DNA from: Laetmonice hystrix
Lineage: Eukaryota
DNA length: 64,000 nucleotides
NCBI GenBank assembly: GCA_965235115.1
Contig: OZ249450.1
Coordinates: forward strand, 19,468,001 to 19,532,000
Reading direction: 5' to 3'
In this document: in pieces, positions 63,103 to 64,000 of the stretch
How the letters are laid out: the number at the start of each line of letters is the position of its first letter
Numbering within the stretch: the stretch's first letter is position 1
Made by a program: the position numbers and the translations under genes
The notes under the pieces: generated by a model
What the model was told of the DNA's origin: nothing
Seen by the model: the letters and a program-made list of their open reading frames with translations, nothing else
Database searches by the model: none

Positions 63103-63397
63103 TAGAGAAAGCATGTGGCATTAAGCCATCACTATCGTACGTCATTTACCCTTTACCTTAACTTATAATAGAGAAAGCATGTGGCATTAAGCCATCACCA
63201 TCGTACGTCATTTACCCTTTACCTTAACTTATAACCTTGTCTACATTAAACAGAGAAAGCATGTGGCATTAAGCCATCACTATCGTACGTCATTGACCCT
63301 TTACCTTAACTTATAATAGAGAAAGCATGTGACATTAAGCCATCACCATCGTACGTCATTTACCCTTTACCCTAACTTATAACCTTGTCTACATTAA
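63103..63397. repeat. Tandem repeat, about 65/83-bp alternating units, about 4 copies, ending at a GT7 acceptor
   Basis: AGAGAAAGCATGTGGCATTAAGCCATCAC(T/C)ATCGTACGTCATTTACCCTTTACCTTAACTTATAA. Confidence 0.9.
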
Positions 63398-64000
63398 GAT
63401 TCCAAATGTCTGATTGTATAAACCACATTGGAAACTGTTTCCAGATGTTGATTTATCGGTAAACGTTACGTCATCATGGACACACAAAGTCCTACACTGG
63501 GCCCGTTGCATAGAAAATCAATAACTTTAGTATAACTGATGGATAATATTTATTTGTACGATACGACCAGGACGGCAGTAAGTTACGAGTGAGTTATCTT
63601 GTTGCCGTTGTATAATAATGTTCGTATAGCACTCTCGCTTGCCAACATTTTTATACAGCGCATTCCTATACATACGAGGAAAGATATCAACTTGGTTTAA
63701 TGGCCACTAGTTATTTACTAGACATTTACTGTATACCTTCTCAGCTTCTGTCTGTAACGGGTCATGTATTTATCACGACATGATACAGCACAGCCCCAAG
63801 CTCTCGACCATGTGGGCTACGCACATCTCACCGTGCATATTGCGGGGATGGGGAATTAAAATGGATTTTCAATGAAATGCCACTGCCATATCGGGAGGGG
63901 ATTATGTACCTGTGCAATAGCATTACAATACGAGTCGATTGTCATACTAAAGGCCTGTGTCCACTTGAGCGGTATGCCGCGCGTCCTAACGCCGCGTGAT

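Noticed and set aside
63820-63910. Candidate upstream GT7 exon (YIIPSRYGSGISLKIHFNSHPRNMH, phase 1)
   Set aside because: The splice sites and phase fit, but there is no recognisable GT7 stem or TM similarity, so I left it unannotated.

Overview
This is eukaryotic (metazoan, invertebrate-like) genomic DNA with spliceosomal GT-AG introns. I saw no prokaryotic operons, CRISPR arrays or rRNA/tRNA genes. Reading exons by hand gives these genes: SF3B6/p14 (+, 4 exons); an unnamed 170-aa two-TM protein (-, 4 coding exons); a 472-aa HHIP-like beta-propeller protein (+, 9 exons) that lacks the CRD and ends in a GPI-type tail; two intronless divergent rhodopsin-class GPCRs nested antisense in its intron 6; a 182-aa MS4A/CD20-like tetraspan (-, 6 coding exons); and the 3' part of a GT7 beta-1,4-galactosyl/GalNAc-transferase (-). 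The first 22 kb contain only weakly supported exon candidates. The window is rich in minisatellites (26-124 bp units) and non-autonomous DNA elements, and many of the longer ORFs in the supplied track are artefacts of these repeats. The most striking pattern is that several arrays are built from, or end at, splice signals: about 22 copies of an exon end plus donor, 8 copies of an acceptor plus exon start each giving a different in-frame C-terminus, and branch-point-bearing arrays. All exon models are manual predictions, not transcript-verified.
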